From contig CM119269.1 in assembly GCA_051294375.1 (NCBI GenBank), forward strand, positions 2,269,601-2,333,600: a DNA stretch of 64,000 bases, in the 5' to 3' direction. Position numbers and translations under genes: made by a program. Below, piece by piece: positions 57,960 through 64,000 of the stretch. Numbering within the stretch: the first letter of the stretch is position 1; every line of letters begins with the position of its first letter. Origin of the DNA: Paraspadella gotoi. Taxonomy: Eukaryota; Animalia; Chaetognatha. Below the pieces are notes generated by a model. That model did no database searches. It worked only from the letters and a program-made list of their open reading frames with translations, and was not told the DNA's origin.

Positions 57960-60900
57960 GCGTCAGCCTCTCTCATCTCTCGCTCTCTTCCTCTCTTCTC
58001 TCCTCAATCGACTCTTCCATCTCCCTTATTTACCTACCCACCACCACTCCTTCCCTCGTCTTTTTCTCTTTCTCGCTAAAAAGATAATATGAAAAAAACA
58101 TCCACCTTCGTGAAAATACTATACAATCAACAAAAACTATGATCGACGTTCCCACTAAAGGTATGTTTTTCACATACTCACACAATCAAATTCTCTTGTT
58201 GTCAAAACGACCGGTTCATGAATTTTTTCCCATTTTTTCTTTTTAATTTTCTTTCCTTCTTTCCTTCTTTCCAAGCTTTCCTTCTTTCGCTTCCTCCTTC
58301 CATGTGGCCTTCACAAACACTTCCTGTTTTTACGATTCGATCTCTCTTCCTGTTAATCTCTCAGACGACGGAGTACAATACGAAATTGTACGGTTTCTAG
58401 TTTCCCAATTTGCGGCTCTTTAATTAACTTAATTATATTAATTAAAATTATCCTTAATTAATTAAGTTAAGTGTAAAGTTAATTAATTATTTATCTTCTT
58501 TCAATGTGTCTGAGACCATTATTTATGATAAGTCTTTATTCATTCATGTATATAGAAGTCTTTTTTTTCTATGGTATATATAAGTCTATCATACTGGGTT
58601 TTTCCCTGCTCGTTTAAGAAATCTATAACAACATCAAATAACTTTTAATTAATTTCTCCTTTTCTCTCTCTCTTCTCACATCTCTCTCTCACACATACAT
58701 ACTCATTCTCTCTATCTCTCTCTCTCGTCTCTCGTCCTACTTTGTGAAGTAATAATGTGCACGAAAATTCGTACAAATATTTCACAAATTCATACTCTAG
58801 AATTAACGTGCACACAAATCTTGAAAACTATCTTTATTCCCTCAAGTATCCTTTATAATATAGCTCTTATTTTTAATGTTTCTTTCTCTCTCTATCTCTC
58901 CTCATAATACTCTATTTCTCCATATCCCTTCTCGGTATTTTTCTGCTTAGTCTCTGATGAGACGTCATCTCTGGCCAAGATCTCACTTACCTCAACTCTG
59001 TTTTCAGAACTACTCGTTTTTTTTTTCTTGGCACTCTCCGAGATACGCGAACCAAGAAATCGAGGGTTGAATATGCCAGAAGACAGTGAATAGAAAAGAA
59101 AGAGCAAACGGCAGTGAAGAATAGAGAAAAAAGGAAAAAGCAATAAAGATAAATGAAATAATATAAAAAGCATCCAGAGCTAGAAGATAGGATGAGAATT
59201 TAAGATTGAGAGTGATAAAGATAAGGTTTTATAGATGTACAAAGGAACACAACCAAGAAAAGAGTAATTTCGTGAGAGGGCGTACCGGGGGGGAAGTCCG
59301 GAGGCGACTGATAGGAGCAGAAGCAGACCACACACACAATGACCAGTTGTCGCTTATCACGCCGGTGCCTTGATGGATTTACCTTCCAAAAACACCCATT
59401 CCCCGACAATCCTCTAAACTTCTTTGCTCACAAATTCTTTGCTCTTCTCAATCCAAACCCCCCACCCGCCCGCACCCCGCCGGCTTTTCACGTCCAAACT
59501 TCCCCCTACCATCTCTGATATTTTTTAATGCGTCTGACTTTTTTTTAATAACGACTAAGGCTTACACGATTTTCTTCTTCCTCTTTTAGTTTTTTTTGGC
59601 TTCGCTGCGTTTTCTTTCTTTTTCTTTTCTTTTCTTTTTCGTATCTTTTTCTTTTCTCTCATTCGGCGCCTTCCAATGTACGCGCGTCAAACAGCCCAGA
59701 CGACCGCGGAGAATACCGGCAAGAAAATGAAAAAACCAGCAGGCCCGTAGAAAGAGGAAAGACAGATACGCCAGGACCTGTGAGGTCAACAAGTATTCCT
59801 GATAACATGATGTGTTCGAGAGCGTGAGAAGAGAGAGAGCAGCGGACGAGTACTGTGGATGCGGCGAAGGGGAGGTATGAAAATGGCCTTGTTGTTCATT
59901 CCCTCGTCGTAAAATAGACTCCCGGACCTTACAGAGGATTTGCCTAACATTTCAGACGAGATGCGATGAACGGAAAGTTCGGTTGATGTATGCGTATTGA
60001 CGGATGATGTTGTTGTTGTGTCGAAGGCTTTGCGAACGCCCGGTCCATTTCCTCTCCATAAGGAGGGCTGCTTAAAACAGCTGGGGATTCAGCAAGAAAA
60101 AGTATTTCACCAACATAAAGTCCAACAGATGGTTGAAATTGATCGCCTAAAGACCCTCCTCCTCATTCTTTATTCCATTCTAACCTTCAAGGCTGCCTCT
60201 TCCTCGTTTGTCGGTCGAGAGCAATAATGGAGGCAACTGGTAGTGTGATCACTTCGTCCCAATCTGTCAGTCGATCCACCTTGCAACGATTTAGAGAAGA
60301 GGAAAGAAGAGAAGTAAATTGGAGTAAAATAGAAGATTAGAGATGAGAATAACTGTCAGAGTAGAAATGAAATGAGATTGAGAAAATATAGAATGAGTAC
60401 TTAGTTTTCTCTTATATGTTCCCCTGAAATCGTGAACCTCGCAGATTCATTCGCACTCTCCTACGTCTATTTCAAGTGAACATGACAAATAATTCTACAG
60501 GCCTCTTAGGCTATCTTCACAACGTTAGCTGGTACGTAAGGATGAGGAACAGATATGTGAGATAGTATACTCTCCTTGATTGCGTTCCTAAATTAAAGGA
60601 CGCGCTGACTAAATCCCTTTGAGGAAAAGCCAGTGATCAATGACCTTTTTGAGCAAAGATTGGGTGTTACAGTTTTGTTAAAGGACGGAACGGCGTCCAA
60701 TTGTGAGTGAATTGTCCATTGCTGATGCAATTCTGACCGATTTGACTAATGGAAGTGTCAACCGTGTCAAACTCATCACTCTGTTCATAGGATAGAGAAA
60801 CTTCGGATGGGTGGGTGTAACCTCAGAAGGAGATTCTAGCCTCTATCTGTGTTTTAGAATCATTTACTGCGGTTCCAATGTATATCTTATGAATATTGCG

Positions 60901-62005
60901 TTGTGCTCGAGAACACTGGAAAGGTGACTCCATGAATACCTGTTATCTGTGAGGCATGTTGCGTGGCCCGGCAGGGGTGTTTGTGCCGTCGGCGGACCCC
61001 GACGACAGTGGAAAAGATATGACAACTCCTCTAATTGAATAGTTACTGCGATCATAAGCGTCAGAATCGCCTACGTCTTAAAAAAGACTGCCAAAGAGGA
61101 CCAGAGGATCGAAATAACTCAGCTGGGCGTTCGCGATAGAAAGGCTTTTTAGCCTGGAACCGCGCAGAACCTCGCATGGGGTCAGGCGCCAGGGATTGAC
61201 CACCTCGCCACGTTGGCGACGCTCTCTCTCTCTTCTCGCTATCTCTCGTCTACGCTCCTCAGTAGTCGCTAGTAGATACAGAGACTCGTCCCTCGAAGAT
61301 CAGGTCCAATCTATTTAATTATGTATATCTGAGAGGAGTGACTTTATAACCAGTGCTTCATTCGAACAATGAGCTGGTCGTAGTGGAGAGATGAGAGACT
61401 GCGCACGCGCGTACTTGACCGAATTTCCAGAGAGAAGCGGAGAGCCGACGTTGGACGACGTCGGCGCGGGCGCCGATTTGACTTCCCATGGTTTATATTA
61501 TGAGTTAAAAAGGGTTTAGGAAGGGAAAGAGTAAAGTCCAAGTATTTAATCAAAACTACGTTACTGTCTAATCGGACCAATGTCCAAACCGTCGATTACT
61601 CCAACGTAAAGTAACTTCATAATACCTGCCGTCTAAAGAAAGAGCAGAAGCGAGTGTAGAAAGGATAAAAATCTTTCATTTAATACACCTATCAGATCGG
61701 GCTTAAATTGTCGGCCTAAAATAGATTTTTAAAAGGTCGAATTAATTATGAGGTCCGTCGATATAAGCGTTAAGGGATTGAAATGAGTATGAGAATGAGG
61801 CTTTTTGAGAGTATGATCAACCGAAGATGAACTCTTGAGTTATACTCACAAGCAGAAATGCATTTGCCCAACCCTTTGGCCGGAAGAATAATTGGTCATG
61901 TTGGGGAGGGATATGATGAGGATGGATAGTTATAGGGGAGAGAATGATATATAGGATATCTTACGAGGATGGAGAAAAATGAGCCACATGAGAAGAGAGA
62001 GTTCG

Positions 62006-62042
<37 letters not shown>

Positions 62043-63187
62043 ACCCCATTGCGAACGCTCAGAATATTATGATTGATCTCCACGACTTCTCAGCTCGAGA
62101 GAGCGAGAGAGAGCGAGAGAGAGAGAGAGCGTCGCAACGTGGCGAGGTCAATCGCCTGACCCATCGAGGCTGCGGTCAGCTAAAAAGCCCCTCTACGACG
62201 CCCTTTTTCCCCTCTTCCTCTTCCTCTTCCTCCTACTCCTTCTTTCCATGTCGCGGGGTCGGCGGCCAAACCCTCCGGGCCACGCACTTCCTTCGTGTCT
62301 CGTGAAAACGAATATTGATGCCATCGGTGATTCCTTCACTTTCACTCCTTCACTTTCCTCATTCTCAGAGTTTAAAGGTTGTTTTTCGAAGTGAATATCG
62401 ATTTGCCATNNNNNNNNNNNNNNNNNNNNNNNNNNNNNNNNNNNNNNNNNNNNNNNNNNNNNNNNNNNNNNNNNNNNNNNNNNNNNNNNNNNNNNNNNNN
62501 NNNNNNNNNNNNNNNNNNNNNNNNNNNNNNNNNNNNNNNNNNNNNNNNNNNNNNNNNNNNNNNNNNNNNNNNNNNNNNNNNNNNNNNNNNNNNNNNNNNN
62601 NNNNNNNNNNNNNNNNNNNNNNNNNNNNNNNNNNNNNNNNNNNNNNNNNNNNCGAAAAGAAAAGAAAAGAAAAGAAAAGAAAAGAAGCGAAGCCAAAAAA
62701 ACTAAAGAGGAAGAAGAAAATCGTGTAAGCTTAGTCGTTATTAAAAAAAAAGTCAGACGCATTAAAAAAATAGAGATGTGGGGAGTTGGGTGAAAAGCCG
62801 CGGGTGCGGGGGGGGGGGTTTGATATGAGAAGAGCAAGAATGGAGCAAAGAAGTTTGGAGATTGTGGAATGGGTGTTTTGAATAATCCATCAAGGCACCG
62901 GCGTGATAAGCGACAACTGGTCATGTGTGTGTGGTCTCTCTCTCTCCCCCCGGCCCCCCCCCCTTACAATCTCTTTCTTGCTTTCCTTTCTTCCTCTTCC
63001 TTATCTTTTTCCCTTTTCTCATCTATCTTCTGCTTTTTATTTTCTTACTTATTGACTTTTCCTTTTTTTTCTCTTTCTCCTCTTGCTCTTTCTTTTCATT
63101 CCTTCTCTCTCTTCCCCATTCGGGTGCCAAGAAAAAAAAAACGTATTTGCAAACAGAGTGAAGAAAGTCTGCCGGAGTCTCAGACTC

Positions 63188-63218
<31 letters not shown>

Positions 63219-63339
63219 GAGAAAGAAACATAAAATGAGCAAAAAATAGAAAAAGAAGTTAAATTTGTTGCAAGGTTGAATGTGAAACTTTCAANNNNNN
63301 NNNNNNNNNNNNNNNNNNNGCGGAGGGCCATTGGTTGAT

Positions 63340-63730
63340 GCAATGAAGCCCGGTTAGCGTTAGGGAGTTGAGGCACCCGGAATGTTACGGGAGTTGGCCT
63401 GGTTAGGTAGGAGAGCATGGAGTTGAACGGGAGGCTTAGTTTTAGGGTTAGGGTTGGGAGGGGCCGTAGGTTGATGCATCCGAAGGCGTTTAGGGTTAGG
63501 GTGGAGCACGGAGATGTACGGGAGCGCTGAGCTGGGTTAGGGTTAGGGGAGAGGCACAGAGGTTGAACGGAAAGGCTTGGTTTAGGTTAGGTTGGGGGAG
63601 GGGCCCGTGGTTGTGCAATCAAAGGCGGGTTAGGTTGGTTTTTGAGGCATGGAGAGTACCAGGAGGGCCCGGTTAGGGTAGGGGAGAGGCACAGAGTTGA
63701 ACGGAGGTTGGTTTTTAGTTAGTTGGAGAG
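63340..63730. repeat. Noisy minisatellite containing GGTTAGGGTTAGG telomere-like cores
   Basis: Recurring units GGCCCGGTTAGGGTTAGGGGAGAGGCACAGAGGTTGAACGG.. with many indels. Confidence 0.6.
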
Positions 63731-64000
63731 GAGCCGTGTTAGCTGCCGCTTTCATTATATTCGCTACTTTTATCACTGGCAGGTCGCGTGGGGGACTGGC
63801 GACATCGCCAAAGCCCTGGGCGATATCGCCCATTGCGAAGGTCGCCAACCAAACTGAACCGGGAGGAAAATTGGAAAATCGGCATTCTTCAATATAGTTT
63901 TACATTTTGACCAAAAACTTATGATTTTAGAATTTTTTAAAAAGATTATATTCTTTCTATATTAACTTTTGCAGGAATCCAAATCTGATTTTAAATTTTA

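Noticed and set aside
59900-60060. Minus-strand KAFDT-like and QYAY-like words suggesting a LINE reverse transcriptase
   Set aside because: The motifs are in the wrong order and need frameshifts, and I see no other RT motifs.
63340-63730. True chromosome telomere
   Set aside because: The TTAGGG units are embedded in a longer minisatellite unit, and ordinary sequence resumes afterwards.

Overview
Eukaryotic, intron-containing animal (invertebrate-type) genomic DNA. It is AT-rich, dense in (AG)n/(GAC)n/(TTTC)n microsatellites, and has several N gaps and stretches of indel-ridden, single-read-quality sequence. Six spliced protein-coding genes can be rebuilt by hand. Three compact minus-strand genes come first: basigin/neuroplastin-like (1621-3487), phospholipase B-like PLBD1-type (3713-6260) and a Tret1/GLUT8-type sugar transporter (7808-~11192). 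A plus-strand gene (17449-23324, ~733 aa) is low-complexity but ends in a NEDD1-like C-terminal coiled coil with no WD40 domain visible. A large plus-strand still life/Tiam Rac-GEF gene (first coding exon 31760, traceable to ~52955, incomplete) carries a minus-strand SAM-methyltransferase gene (33610-34667) nested in its first coding intron. A ~4.6 kb BEL/Pao-type LTR element (26384-31023) sits in a (GA)n tract. The rest includes several MITE and DINE-1/HINE-like short elements, tandem repeats, and two long inverted duplications next to gaps that are probably assembly artefacts. Best leads: the WD40-less NEDD1-like protein, a candidate multi-hairpin/kissing-loop RNA in a sif intron (39840-40060), locally frequent GC-AG introns, and the apparently RT/IN-less BEL element. 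No multi-gene novel system is demonstrable from sequence alone. All family calls are from recalled motifs, not database searches.
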